DNA of 64,000 nucleotides from an uncultured Acidimicrobiales bacterium (GCA_963824645.1 CAWGQC010000002.1:6628-70627), one strand, 5' to 3'. Positions 40,561 to 50,327 are shown, counted from the first letter of the stretch. The notes: generated from the letters alone by a model not told the origin. Numbers and translations: made by a program.

Positions 40561-41562
40561 CTACCGAGAGGGGTCGTCGGCCCCGTGGTCCCTGGACAAC
40601 TCCCGTAGCTTCTCGGGGTCCATGTGGGAGTGGGCCACCGCGGCCACCCGGCAGGGCGTGACGGCAACCAAGGTCGACTTGCGTTTCCCGTCCTCGAGGC
40701 CGGAGCGCTCGCCCAGGATGGCCCCGGGGCCGTACTCGGCCAGCCGTTCGCCTCCCTTCTCGACCCGCATCACCCCGTCGAGAACCAGGAAGACGTCTGT
40801 CCCTTCCTCACCCTCGGACACCAGCGTTTCGCCCGCTCGCAGGGTCTGGAATTTCGGCTTGTGCCGTCGGTCCATCAGGTCCACCGAGAGGGCGCGCTCG
40901 AGCGCTGATTCGACGGCCGTCACCAGGGCCGGCGAATCCCGCTCTCCCCACGGTGTGTGCTTGCCAAAAGACTTTCGGTACCAGTCGCGGAAGTCAGTAA
41001 GTCCCGATTTCGCCGCCAGCTTCCCGTCGTGGTCGTAGATCCAGTGACGAGGGAAGCGACTGGCACCCAGCACCGCGAATTGGGGAGGGCGATCGGGGTA
41101 GAGGGTCAGAGAGAGGGTGGTCCAGCACAGCGGGGCCTGCCATTGGATGAAGGGGGCCCGCCGTACCCGTCGGGGCGCCGGGAGTCCGGTCCGACCGCCG
41201 GCGGTCTGAGTGAAGCGCACCCAGCCCTCGCCCGACTCGACCGCCGCCTGCAGGTCGGGAAGAGCCACCGCCTCGAAGGCCCGGCGGAGCCCGGCGACCG
41301 AAACGGTGGTCGACCCCATGAGCCCACGGCCCGCGTATCCGTAATCCACCGGCTGTCCGGAGTCGTCGAACTCGGCCCAGGCATCCAGGAGGTTGCCGAA
41401 GCGGAACCGGTCGGCCAACCGCAGTTCCTCCAGGTCAACGATCACATCCGGCGGTGGTTCGTCGTAATGGGTGAACCCGGCGTCGAACGCCACCCGGGTC
41501 CCGCCGCGCACTGCTTCGGAGGGAATCCACGAAAGCGAAGTGACCGAACCGGTAACCCTCAC
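40561..41562 (-). CDS. Two-domain protein: uncharacterised N-terminal domain (about 210 aa) plus a C-terminal cyclic-nucleotide-binding domain
   Basis: C-terminus QTLRAGETLVSEGEEGTDVFLVLDGVMRVEKGGERLAEYGPGAILGERSGLEDGKRKSTLVAV is a cNMP-binding roll. I do not recognise the N-terminal 210 aa (…WIPSEAVRGGTRVAFDAGFTHYDEPPP…FPRHWIYDHDGKLAAKSGLTDFRDWY…). Confidence 0.75.
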   Translation of the reverse strand: MRVTGSVTSLSWIPSEAVRGGTRVAFDAGFTHYDEPPPDVIVDLEELRLADRFRFGNLLDAWAEFDDSGQPVDYGYAGRGLMGSTTVSVAGLRRAFEAVALPDLQAAVESGEGWVRFTQTAGGRTGLPAPRRVRRAPFIQWQAPLCWTTLSLTLYPDRPPQFAVLGASRFPRHWIYDHDGKLAAKSGLTDFRDWYRKSFGKHTPWGERDSPALVTAVESALERALSVDLMDRRHKPKFQTLRAGETLVSEGEEGTDVFLVLDGVMRVEKGGERLAEYGPGAILGERSGLEDGKRKSTLVAVTPCRVAAVAHSHMDPEKLRELSRDHGADDPSR

Positions 41563-41743
41563 GCAATCACCTTAAATCGGTGTCCGGCACCGTGCCACTA
41601 CCTCGGCCGCACGGCCTGGGGGCGGAGCGAGGCTGCACACAACTGGCCGGCCGGATCGGACACCGACGGGACTGGTGGGCAAGACTGCGGGCCATGGCAC
41701 AGGACTCGGCAAAAATGGCCCGGCGGACCGGGGACAGGGCCCG

Positions 41744-43183
41744 ATGAGCGCTATCGACGTCGTAGTGGTGGGCTCCGGCCCCAACGGTCTGGCCGCCGCC
41801 ATCACGCTGGCCGGGGCCGGGCTGTCGGTCACGGTGATCGAAGGGGCGGAATCGGTCGGGGGTGGTTGCCGCACCGATACCTCTTCACCCGGATACCGCC
41901 ATGATGTCTGTTCGATCGCCCATCCGTTGGTGCTGGCCTCCCCCTTCTTCCGGCAGTCCGCCTTCGACGGCTTGCGCACCCTGCTCCGCCAGCCGGAAGT
42001 GCCCTTCGCCCACCCGCTCGGGGGCCCGGAAGCGGCGGCGGCCCTCCGGTCGGTGGACGAGACGGCTGAGTCCCTGGGACCCGATGGGCCCTTCTACCGA
42101 CGGCTCATGGGTCCCCTGGTCGACAAGGCGGGCGAGATAACCGACGGTCTGCTGGCCCCACTGCGGTCCGTTCCGGCCCATCCCATCGCCCTGGCCCGAT
42201 TCGGGCTCCCCGGTCTGCTCCCCATGGACAAGCTGACCGGCCGGCTCAAGACCGAGCGGGCCAAGGGCCTGTTCGCGGGAGTAGGAGCCCACTCCATGGC
42301 TCCTCTCTCGTCTCCGCTCACCGCCGCGTTCGGCATGTTGCTGACCCTCATCGCCCACGCCGAGGGCTGGCCGGTGATCGAGGGGGGCAGCTCGGCCATT
42401 GCCGATGCCATGGTGGCCGAGCTGGAGCGACGGGGAGGCAGCGTCGTCACCGGGCAATGGATCACGTCGTTGGATGAGCTGCCGCGGGCGACGGCCGTCG
42501 TGCTCGACACCTCGACCAAGGGATTCAGCCACCTGGCCGGGGACGCCCTCACGGCGCGCTACCGCAACGCCCTCAGGCGGTTCCGCTTCGGCCCCGGGGT
42601 CTTCAAGATGGACTGGGAGCTTTCGGGCCCCGTCCCCTGGAGCGCCGATGTGTGCCGGCGCGCCGGTACCGTGCACGTGGGCGGGACCTTCGCCGAAGTG
42701 GCAGCCAGTGAGGCCGACGCCTGCGCCGGTCGGCGGTCAGAGCGGCCGTACTGCCTGATCGTCCAACCCGGAGTGGTCGATCCGACACGAGCTCCGGCCG
42801 GACACCAGACGCTGTGGGGCTACTGCCACGTCCCCTCCGGTTCGGCCATCGACATGACCGGTCCCATCGAGGCCCAGATCGAGAGGTTCGCACCGGGCTT
42901 CGGCGATCTCATCCTGGCCCGGAGGACAAAGACGGCGGTGGAGGCAGAGCTCATCAACCCCAACTATGTGGGTGGTGACATCGGTGCCGGAGCCGCCTCT
43001 CTGCGCCAGACCGTCTTTCGCCCGACACTCCAGTGGAACCCCTACCGGACACCTCTCGAGGGCGTGTACCTGTGCTCAGCCTCGACCGCCCCCGGCGGCG
43101 GGGTCCACGGCATGTGCGGCGTGTATGCCGCTCGCACCGTGCTCCACGATCACTTTGGGGGTCCGGCGCCGCTGCGACCCTGA
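41744..43183 (+). CDS. FAD-dependent oxidoreductase of the phytoene desaturase (CrtI-like) family
   Basis: Rossmann N-terminus DVVVVGSGPNGLAAAITLAGAGLSVTVIEG. About 479 aa, with C-terminal GGDIGAG…LCSASTAPGGGVHGMCG typical of this family. Confidence 0.8.
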   Translation: MSAIDVVVVGSGPNGLAAAITLAGAGLSVTVIEGAESVGGGCRTDTSSPGYRHDVCSIAHPLVLASPFFRQSAFDGLRTLLRQPEVPFAHPLGGPEAAAALRSVDETAESLGPDGPFYRRLMGPLVDKAGEITDGLLAPLRSVPAHPIALARFGLPGLLPMDKLTGRLKTERAKGLFAGVGAHSMAPLSSPLTAAFGMLLTLIAHAEGWPVIEGGSSAIADAMVAELERRGGSVVTGQWITSLDELPRATAVVLDTSTKGFSHLAGDALTARYRNALRRFRFGPGVFKMDWELSGPVPWSADVCRRAGTVHVGGTFAEVAASEADACAGRRSERPYCLIVQPGVVDPTRAPAGHQTLWGYCHVPSGSAIDMTGPIEAQIERFAPGFGDLILARRTKTAVEAELINPNYVGGDIGAGAASLRQTVFRPTLQWNPYRTPLEGVYLCSASTAPGGGVHGMCGVYAARTVLHDHFGGPAPLRP

Positions 43184-44448
43184 GCTCCGGCACCACCGAG
43201 ACGGGTCGACAGCCACCGGGAAGGGGCGGTGGCGGCGGTGAGGGCTCCGCCGATCCGGGTGCAGACAGCCGCTATGGTCCGTGCCCGTCCAGGGGTGGCC
43301 CCGTCGAGGAGCTCGTTCCAGAAGATGCCCCATCCTCCGGCCAGAGCCCGACCCACGGGAGGGGTGGTAAGCGCCCGACCCACGGCGGCCACCGCCATGG
43401 GGTGGGGCACCAGGGCGGCGTGACCGGCCGCCGCCACCCGGTGGTACGAGAGATGGTCGCCGGCCAGCTGCCGGCGGTAGCGGGCTGCGGCATGGCCCGG
43501 GTCGGACAGGATGGCATCGGCCGCCGCTCGTCCACTGGTCATGGCCGGGGCGATGCCCTCCCCCTGGAGGGGGTTGACCAGCCCGGCGGCGTCGCCCACC
43601 AACAGAACCCTTCCGGCCGCTGGGGTGGTTCCCACCATGCCCATCTTGAGCCAGCCACCCAGGCGGCGGGGCAGGGATGAGACCCTGGCCCGGTCGAGGA
43701 GACCGAGTTCGACCAGATGATCGAGATAGGCCGGCAATTGGCGCACTGCTTCGGCACCGGCCGGCCGGTGCGACAACGTCCCGAGGCCCAGTCCGGCGTT
43801 GGCCCCTCCGTCGGGGCCGGGGAAGATCCATCCGTAGCCGGCGAACGCCCGCCAGGGCTTCTGCTCCCACAGGGTGATGACCGGCAGGCGCACCGGCTGA
43901 TCGAAATAGCAGCGCACGGCAAAGCCCCACAGCACCCGGCCCGGGTCGACCAGCCCGGCGCGGTCGGCCACGTGACTGGCGGCCCCGTCCGCCCCGATCA
44001 CGAAATCGGCCCGCACCTCATGGTCTCCGACCCGGAAGCCCTCCAGGGTGGACCCGGCCCACAGGGGGGAGCCGGCCCGACCGACGATCTCTTCGGCCTC
44101 GGCAGCCAGGGCGGCGCCGCGCAGGGCGTCGTCGAACACCGTGCGGGTCACGGCACGGGCCCGTCCCGGATAGGTGGTGCCGTCGAAGCAGGGAAGCAGG
44201 ACCCTGCGGCCGGTCGGACCCACGACCACCATGTTGCCGACGTCGAGCCCGGGCGGCTCGGGCACCCCCAGGTCGGCGAGCACCCGGAGCCCCCGGGGCC
44301 CGACCAAGTCGCCGCAGGCCTTGTCCCGCGGGAAGCCGGCCTTGTCGACCAGTGCCACCCGGGCACCGGACCGGGCCAGAACCAAAGCGGCGATACTGCC
44401 GGCGGGGCCGGCCCCCACCACCAGCGCGTCGTACCGGCTCGAGCCCAC
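43150..44448 (-). CDS. Geranylgeranyl-reductase-family flavoprotein (MenJ-like)
   Basis: YDALVVGAGPAGSIAALVLARSGARVALVDK…CGD…VIGADGAAS…LLVGDAAGLVNPLQGEGI. GTG 44448 is preceded by an AGGAG RBS. It is divergent from a UbiE/MenG-like methyltransferase, as menJ is in mycobacteria. Confidence 0.8.
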   Translation of the reverse strand: MGSSRYDALVVGAGPAGSIAALVLARSGARVALVDKAGFPRDKACGDLVGPRGLRVLADLGVPEPPGLDVGNMVVVGPTGRRVLLPCFDGTTYPGRARAVTRTVFDDALRGAALAAEAEEIVGRAGSPLWAGSTLEGFRVGDHEVRADFVIGADGAASHVADRAGLVDPGRVLWGFAVRCYFDQPVRLPVITLWEQKPWRAFAGYGWIFPGPDGGANAGLGLGTLSHRPAGAEAVRQLPAYLDHLVELGLLDRARVSSLPRRLGGWLKMGMVGTTPAAGRVLLVGDAAGLVNPLQGEGIAPAMTSGRAAADAILSDPGHAAARYRRQLAGDHLSYHRVAAAGHAALVPHPMAVAAVGRALTTPPVGRALAGGWGIFWNELLDGATPGRARTIAAVCTRIGGALTAATAPSRWLSTRLGGAGAQGRSGAGPPK

Positions 44449-44527
44449 AGATCTCCTCTCGGGCGGCGGCTGTCCCTTGGCCGGCGCAGACCGCCTACGG
44501 TGAGATCTTCGCACCCGAGGAGGCCCA

Positions 44528-45262
44528 ATGGAGACCCTGGACCCGAACGAACGTAACCGGTTCGCCCAGAGGCTCTTCGCTCCGCTGCCCCAACGCTACG
44601 ACCGTCTGGCCGAGCTTCTCTCGATGGGTCAGAACGGACGGTGGCGCCGAGCCATGGTCGATCACATCGTCCCCGCCCACCCGGGTCGGGTGCTCGATGT
44701 CGCCTCGGGCCCGGCCGGTGTCGCCCTCCAGTTGGCCGACCGGAGCACGGCCCGGGTGGTGGGCATCGACGTCACCCTCGACATGCTGCGCCAAGGCCAG
44801 CACAACGTGGCGGAGCAGGGCAAGGCCGACCGTGTCCAGCTGGTGGCCGGTCGAGCCGAACAGATGCCCTTCGCCGACGGCACCTTCGACGGGCTCACCT
44901 TCACCTACCTGCTTCGGTACGTCGACGACCCCCAGGCCACACTGGAGGAACTGGCCCGGGTGGTCAAACCCGGCGGTCCGGTGGCCAGCCTCGAGTTCCT
45001 CGAACCGGAGCAACCGTTCTGGCGCTTCTGGTGGGTGCTCTACACCCGGCTGCTCCTGCCCGCCGCCGGTTGGCTCACGGGAGGAAAGCCGTGGTTCGAC
45101 GTCGGCCGCTTCCTCGGCCCCAACATCTCGGACCACTACCGGAAGTACCCGGTCGACTGGACGATTGAGGCCTGGAAGAAGGCCGGAGTGGAGGACGTGG
45201 GAGTGCGACGGATGAGCCTGGGCGGCGGACTGGTCATGTGGGGAACACGACGCGGTGACTAA
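44528..45262 (+). CDS. Class I SAM-dependent methyltransferase (UbiE/MenG-like)
   Basis: YDRLAELLSMGQNGRWRR…VLDVASGPAGVALQLA…VVGIDVTLDML…QMPFADGTFDGLTFTYLLRYV…VKPGG. Confidence 0.8.
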   Translation: METLDPNERNRFAQRLFAPLPQRYDRLAELLSMGQNGRWRRAMVDHIVPAHPGRVLDVASGPAGVALQLADRSTARVVGIDVTLDMLRQGQHNVAEQGKADRVQLVAGRAEQMPFADGTFDGLTFTYLLRYVDDPQATLEELARVVKPGGPVASLEFLEPEQPFWRFWWVLYTRLLLPAAGWLTGGKPWFDVGRFLGPNISDHYRKYPVDWTIEAWKKAGVEDVGVRRMSLGGGLVMWGTRRGD

Positions 45263-46061
45263 GGAGGGGACGGCGGGTAGGGAGGGTGGCAGGAAGGGGA
45301 CGGTGGGCAAAGAGGAACTGCCCGAAGGTCCCCCGGGGCAGCCCCGCCCCGCCTTCTACGCGGCGTCGTCGGGGGGCTGGCGCGATTGGTGGACACTGCT
45401 CCACCCCCCTTACACGGCGTGGCACCTGGCCTACGTGGTCATCGGCGCCTGCCTGGCCCCGGTGGTCGATGTGACGCGGCTGATCGCCACACTGCTGGCC
45501 TTCTTCTGCGCGGTGGGTCTGGCCGCGCACGCCCTCGACGAGCTTCACGGACGCCCCCTGCACACCCAGATTTCCGGTCCCACTCTGGTGGTCACCGCCG
45601 CCGCCGGACTGGTCGGAGCTCTCGCCCTCGGGATCGCCGGAGTGGTGGAGGTCGGGCCGGCCCTGATTCCGTTCCTCGTGGTCGGGCCGGTCCTGGTCCT
45701 CGGCTACAACTTCGAACTCTTCGGAGGGGTCATACACAACGAGGTCGGGTTTGCCGCCAGTTGGGGCGCCTTTCCGGTGCTCGTCGCCTACGTGGCCCAG
45801 ACCGGGGACCTGGCCCTGGCCCCGGTGCTGGCCGCCGCCGGTGCCTTCGCCCTGTCGGCCGCGCAGCGGGCCCTCAGCACCCCGGCCCGGCTTCTGCGGC
45901 GCCAGGCCGGAGAGGTGACCGGCACGATCGGCCTCACCGGAGGCGGGCACATCCCGATCGACCGGGCGACCCTCCTCGCTCCTCTCGAGCGGGCCTTGCG
46001 CACGATGTCGTGGGCGATGGTGCTGCTGGCCGCCGGCCTGGCCGTGGCCCGCGCCGGATAG
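45255..46061 (+). CDS. Polytopic integral membrane protein (possibly a distant UbiA-like fold), translationally coupled on both sides
   Basis: Seven to eight hydrophobic helices. AAHALDELHGRP sits where UbiA enzymes carry their first Asp-rich motif (weak). It overlaps the methyltransferase stop by 8 nt, and its own stop by 1 nt with the next gene. Confidence 0.6.
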   Translation: MTKEGTAGREGGRKGTVGKEELPEGPPGQPRPAFYAASSGGWRDWWTLLHPPYTAWHLAYVVIGACLAPVVDVTRLIATLLAFFCAVGLAAHALDELHGRPLHTQISGPTLVVTAAAGLVGALALGIAGVVEVGPALIPFLVVGPVLVLGYNFELFGGVIHNEVGFAASWGAFPVLVAYVAQTGDLALAPVLAAAGAFALSAAQRALSTPARLLRRQAGEVTGTIGLTGGGHIPIDRATLLAPLERALRTMSWAMVLLAAGLAVARAG

Positions 46062-46582
46062 TGGCGGTCGAGCTGACCGCAGTTCTGGCCCGGCACCCGG
46101 GTACGGTCACCGAACTCCTCGAGCGGTTGGCCGGGGAGCCCATCGACGCCGACGTCCTGTGGCGGGGACCGGGCCCGACCGGAGACGACAGTGGGCTCGG
46201 GCTCGGTCGGCACGAGGAGACGATGCGCCGCACCGTACTGCTGACCGGACGGGTAACCGGCCGTCGCTTCGTCTACGCCGATTCGACCATCGCCAGCGGA
46301 CGTCTCCCCCTTTCAGTCCGGCGGCAACTCGAAACCGGCTCTGAGCCGATCGGACGCATCCTGTCCGACCACCACCTCGACATCTGGCGTGAACCTCTCC
46401 CCGCCCCCCCGGCCGACCACGACCACACCACCGGCTTCCACCCTCAGATCGCCACTTTGCTGGCCTCCTCGCCACTGGCCCGGCGCTACCGCCTCATCAT
46501 CGGCACCACTCCGGCCATGATCGTGACCGAGTGGTTTCTGGCCCCGGCCAGCGAAGCGCTGGCCAGCCACCCGCCTTCCTGA
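46061..46582 (+). CDS. Chorismate pyruvate-lyase-like (DUF98/UbiC-like) protein
   Basis: HPGTVTELLERLAGEPIDADVL…RTVLLTGRVTGRRFVYADSTIASGRLP…EPIGRIL… matches the UbiC/DUF98 pattern as I remember it. GTG 46061 overlaps the preceding TAG. Confidence 0.55.
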   Translation: MAVELTAVLARHPGTVTELLERLAGEPIDADVLWRGPGPTGDDSGLGLGRHEETMRRTVLLTGRVTGRRFVYADSTIASGRLPLSVRRQLETGSEPIGRILSDHHLDIWREPLPAPPADHDHTTGFHPQIATLLASSPLARRYRLIIGTTPAMIVTEWFLAPASEALASHPPS

Positions 46583-46601
46583 CCGGGGAGGGCCGGGCGG
46601 G

Positions 46602-47783
46602 TCAGGAGGCCGGGCCGACCACGGTGACCAGGGTTCCGATCGGCGTGAGGGGCCAGACCTGGGCGGCGTTGGCCACTGCCATCTCCACGCAGCCGTTGCT
46701 CTGGGGGAAGCCGTAGGACGCCCGCACGAAACCATGGAGCGCATCCCCGCCGTTGAAGTAGCTGGCCCAGGGCACAGCGGGGTCGTCATAGTGGCTGCCG
46801 TCCGGATTGGTTCCCACCATCCGCGAGCTGGTGACGTGCTCGAACACCGGATACGTGCCGTCGGCGGTATCGGCTCCCGGTGCTCCCGTGTTGACCGGGA
46901 CGTTGGCCAGCTGTGATGAGCCGTTGACGTACAGGGTGAGGTTCTCAGGGAGTTGCTTGGAGACGAACACGTAGTTGTACGAGTTGGCGTTGACCTTCCG
47001 GGAGGCCAGATCGGCGAGTAGCGCCATCCACACCTGCTTACCGGCCAACCCGTCCACGGTCAGGCCGTTCTGGTTCTCGAAGTTCATCACCGCGGCCTTG
47101 GTGATGACATTCTCGGAGCCCTCGGTCCACAGCGAAGTCAGTGACGCCGGCAGAGACGGCCATCGCCAGGCGAAGGAGCCCGGCTGGGCCGTGGTGGCCT
47201 GGCTGGGAGAGGTCAGCGGGGCGGTGGGGGTGAAGCTCAGCGGAAGGTAGTCGAGCTGCGCCAACAGTTGCTGCAAGCGCTCAGTGCTGGCCTGAGCCAC
47301 GGTGAAGGTGAGGGACACCGGTTGGGCCAGCGTCCTTCCGGAAAGGCCGTGGGGGCCGGCATGGCCCGCCGGAATGACCAGCGACTCGGTCGTGGTCGGA
47401 ATGAAGGGTGCGCTGGGGCTGAACGAAAGCGAAGCAGAGCCGACCTTGGTCCATGATCCGCTGACCGGGGGATCGAATGTCGGCATGGTCCCGTCGTCGG
47501 CGATCGGTTCAGAGAATTGAACGGTGACCACCTGGTTCGAGGGCACGTTGATGGCGCCGGTGGCGGGAACCGAGGACAATACGGCAAGGGGTTTGGGCGG
47601 GGCGACCGGCGGGCCGGCCGAGACGGGCGACCCACCGGTCGTGCCGTGCCCTCCCGATCCGTTGTGCCGGCCGAGCGTGAAGGCACCGACGCCCACGGCA
47701 ACCACCGCCGCCACCACCAGGACCACGACGGCCACCCGCCGGGCCGGATGGGGCGGCTCGACCAGGATCTTGTAATCAGCCAC
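46602..47783 (-). CDS. L,D-transpeptidase (YkuD) with Ig-like and peptidoglycan-binding domains
   Basis: N-terminal TM, then AAVMNFENQNGLTVDGLAG (PG-binding). The C-terminal YkuD-like catalytic region reads ALHGFVRASYGFPQSNGCVEM. GTG 47783 has a GGAGGA RBS. Confidence 0.75.
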   Translation of the reverse strand: MADYKILVEPPHPARRVAVVVLVVAAVVAVGVGAFTLGRHNGSGGHGTTGGSPVSAGPPVAPPKPLAVLSSVPATGAINVPSNQVVTVQFSEPIADDGTMPTFDPPVSGSWTKVGSASLSFSPSAPFIPTTTESLVIPAGHAGPHGLSGRTLAQPVSLTFTVAQASTERLQQLLAQLDYLPLSFTPTAPLTSPSQATTAQPGSFAWRWPSLPASLTSLWTEGSENVITKAAVMNFENQNGLTVDGLAGKQVWMALLADLASRKVNANSYNYVFVSKQLPENLTLYVNGSSQLANVPVNTGAPGADTADGTYPVFEHVTSSRMVGTNPDGSHYDDPAVPWASYFNGGDALHGFVRASYGFPQSNGCVEMAVANAAQVWPLTPIGTLVTVVGPAS

Positions 47784-48501
47784 GGGCGAAGCTCCTCCGG
47801 GCCGGGAGCGTCGGTGAACCCCGCTGTCGACGGCTTGGCTGCGAGGGCATGGTGACGTCGAGGGTACCCACTGGTTGCCTCGACGGGACGTCGCCTTGTG
47901 ACCAGGGCTCGAGGCCCGCAGTGGGCGGCGGCGCCGAGGGGGCCCCGTCGATGGACAGCGAAGCGGGGGGGCCGTCTGCGGACATCCGGGCACGGAGCCC
48001 GTCGGCAAAAAGCAAGCTCCCTCCGTAGGACGGGTGACGAATGTAAGGCGCCCCGGTGGCCAGCTCGGCGTGGCGCCCGACAGCCAGGACCCTCCGGCCG
48101 CGACAGACGAGGGCGAGCACATCGGCGCAGGCGTCGATCTCCTCCCGACGCGGATTCCGGTTGTCCGGGGCGAAGAGGATCGATGCGTTCCACAGCAGCA
48201 CCCGGTCCTGCTGTCCGAGCTCGGCCAGCACACGCTGGACGGTGGTGGCGGTGGGCTCGGCCGGACCTTCGCCGGTCATCTGACGCATCGAGGTGAAGGG
48301 CAGACCCGTGTGGCGGGCCCCGTTCTTGCCCGGGGCTTCGCCCACCAGCACGATCGGGGCCGACCAGTGGGCGGTGAGATAGGACCGGAGGGCGCATCGA
48401 CGCCGGGTGGCGTCGCCGGGTGGATCGCCCCACCGGACGGACTCCTCTTCGTCGTAGATGTTGAGCGTCCCCGTCACGGAAACGGCGGCGATCGACGCCA
48501 T
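47776..48501 (-). CDS. Uracil-DNA glycosylase superfamily protein (family 4/5-like)
   Basis: Motif A VLVGEAPGKNG and motif B RHPSYGG. ATG 48501 has an AAGGAG RBS. The last roughly 70 aa are low-complexity and overlap the ldt start by 8 nt. Confidence 0.65.
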   Translation of the reverse strand: MASIAAVSVTGTLNIYDEEESVRWGDPPGDATRRRCALRSYLTAHWSAPIVLVGEAPGKNGARHTGLPFTSMRQMTGEGPAEPTATTVQRVLAELGQQDRVLLWNASILFAPDNRNPRREEIDACADVLALVCRGRRVLAVGRHAELATGAPYIRHPSYGGSLLFADGLRARMSADGPPASLSIDGAPSAPPPTAGLEPWSQGDVPSRQPVGTLDVTMPSQPSRRQRGSPTLPARRSFARG

Positions 48502-48562
48502 CACTCCTTCCACGGTCGCCGGGGGCGACCCACCGGGCGGGCCCGACGTCATGACCGGGCGG

Positions 48563-50209
48563 TCACCCCAGCGCCGGCGAGTTCCGGGCCAGAAGGACGG
48601 AGGTACCGGTGGTGGCGGCAAGAGTGCCGAATCCGGGGGCACCGCCGTCGGACAGTCGGGACCCGCAGAACGCATCGGCCACCTCCGACGGGGCGAACCG
48701 AATCAGTAGCGACGCGGCAAAGACGACGGCCATGCGCTCGACCACGGTCCGGGCCCGGAACTCGATGGTGGTCGGGTCGGCCAGGTCGACGTGGAGATCG
48801 TCGATGGCCCGGGTCAGACGGGCATCCTCCGTCCCGGCTTCACCGACCTCGGACCAGTAAGCCTCGAGGGCTTCGGGCTCTCGGGACAGCGCTCGGAGCA
48901 CGTCGAGGCAGATCACGTTGCCCGATCCCTCCCACACTCCGTTGACCGGGCTCTGCCGGAGGATTCGGGGGAGACCCGACTCCTCGACGTAGCCGTTGCC
49001 GCCGAGGCATTCCAGGGCTTCGGCCGCATGTTGAGGCGCTCGTTTGCAGGTCCAGAATTTGATCACCGGGGTCACCAGTCGTTGGAGGAGCTTCTCGTGT
49101 GTGTCCCGGGAAGGGGCGTCGTAGGCGCGGGCCAACCGGAGAGCGGTCATGGTGGCGGCTTCCGACTCGAGAGCAAGATCAGCCACCACGTTGGTCATGA
49201 GGGGCTGGTCGACCAGTCGTTTACCGAAGGCCGTGCGGTGGGCCGCGTGCCAGCCGGCCTGGGCCACGCCCTGGCGCATGAGAGCCGTCGAGCCCAGGAT
49301 GCAGTCGAGCCTGGTGTGGTTGACCATCTCGATGATGGTCCGTACCCCGCGACCCTCATCGCCGATCAACTGACCCCACACACCGTCGAGCTCGATCTCG
49401 CTGGAGGCGTTGGACCGATCCCCGAGCTTGTCCTTGAGCCTCTGGATGCGGACGGGATTGCGCTCGCCGTCCGGCTTCCACCGCGGTACCAGGAAACAGC
49501 TGAGTCCGCCGGGGGCCTGAGCGAGCATCAAGAAGGCGTCAGACATGGGCGCCGAACAGAACCACTTGTGACCGGTCAGTCGGTAGGCCCGTTCCCCTTC
49601 GCCACCGGGTTCCGCCCGTGTGGTGTTGGTCCGGACATCGGAGCCGCCCTGTTTTTCGGTCAATGCCATCCCGCAGGTGGCTCCTGCCTTGGAAGCCACG
49701 GGGAGGTTGGCCGGGTCATAGTCGGTCGAGCAGATCATCGGCTCCCAGATGGCCGCCACCTCAGGCTGGTGGCGCAAGGCGGGGACAACCGAATAGGTCA
49801 TCGACACCGGGCAGATATGGCCGGCATCGACTTGATACCAGACCACCACCTGGGCCGCCCGGGCCACGTGGGCACCGGGGCGGGGGTCAGCCCAGGGCCC
49901 GGCGTGGAGACCTTCCCCCACCGCCGTCCGCATCAGCTGGTGGTAGGCGGGGTGATACTCGACCACATCGATCCGGTGCCCGTACCGATCGTGGGTGTGC
50001 AGGACCGGTGGGTTGGCGTTGGCCAACCGCCCGAGCTCCTGGGAAGCCTCCGAGCCGGCGAGCCTTCCCAAACGCTCGAGGTCGGCCCGGGCCCAGCCGG
50101 CGCCCTCCCGCTCGACGGCCTCGCTCAGCGCCGCATCAGCGGAGAAGACGTCATAATCCTGGAGCGGAGGCGCCTGATTGACCACGTCGTGGGTGGAAGA
50201 AGGTGTCAT
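48563..50209 (-). CDS. aidB: AidB-like acyl-CoA dehydrogenase family protein
   Basis: Collinear with E. coli AidB as I recall it: NQAPPLQDYDVFSAD…EREGAGW, MALTEKQGGSDVRTNTTRAEP, GLSCFLVPRWKPDGERNPVRIQRLKDKLGDRSNASSEIE, VNGVWEGSGNVICLDVLR. Confidence 0.85.
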   Translation of the reverse strand: MTPSSTHDVVNQAPPLQDYDVFSADAALSEAVEREGAGWARADLERLGRLAGSEASQELGRLANANPPVLHTHDRYGHRIDVVEYHPAYHQLMRTAVGEGLHAGPWADPRPGAHVARAAQVVVWYQVDAGHICPVSMTYSVVPALRHQPEVAAIWEPMICSTDYDPANLPVASKAGATCGMALTEKQGGSDVRTNTTRAEPGGEGERAYRLTGHKWFCSAPMSDAFLMLAQAPGGLSCFLVPRWKPDGERNPVRIQRLKDKLGDRSNASSEIELDGVWGQLIGDEGRGVRTIIEMVNHTRLDCILGSTALMRQGVAQAGWHAAHRTAFGKRLVDQPLMTNVVADLALESEAATMTALRLARAYDAPSRDTHEKLLQRLVTPVIKFWTCKRAPQHAAEALECLGGNGYVEESGLPRILRQSPVNGVWEGSGNVICLDVLRALSREPEALEAYWSEVGEAGTEDARLTRAIDDLHVDLADPTTIEFRARTVVERMAVVFAASLLIRFAPSEVADAFCGSRLSDGGAPGFGTLAATTGTSVLLARNSPALG

Positions 50210-50327
50210 CGGCGCACCACGGTTGAGTTGCGGGTACCCGCTCGCGAGCGCCCTTCAGGTCGTACACGTCCGGACCCGCCGCCCCAAGGCGACGGCCCGA
50301 CATTGCTCCCCGCTCACCGGGAAGGAT

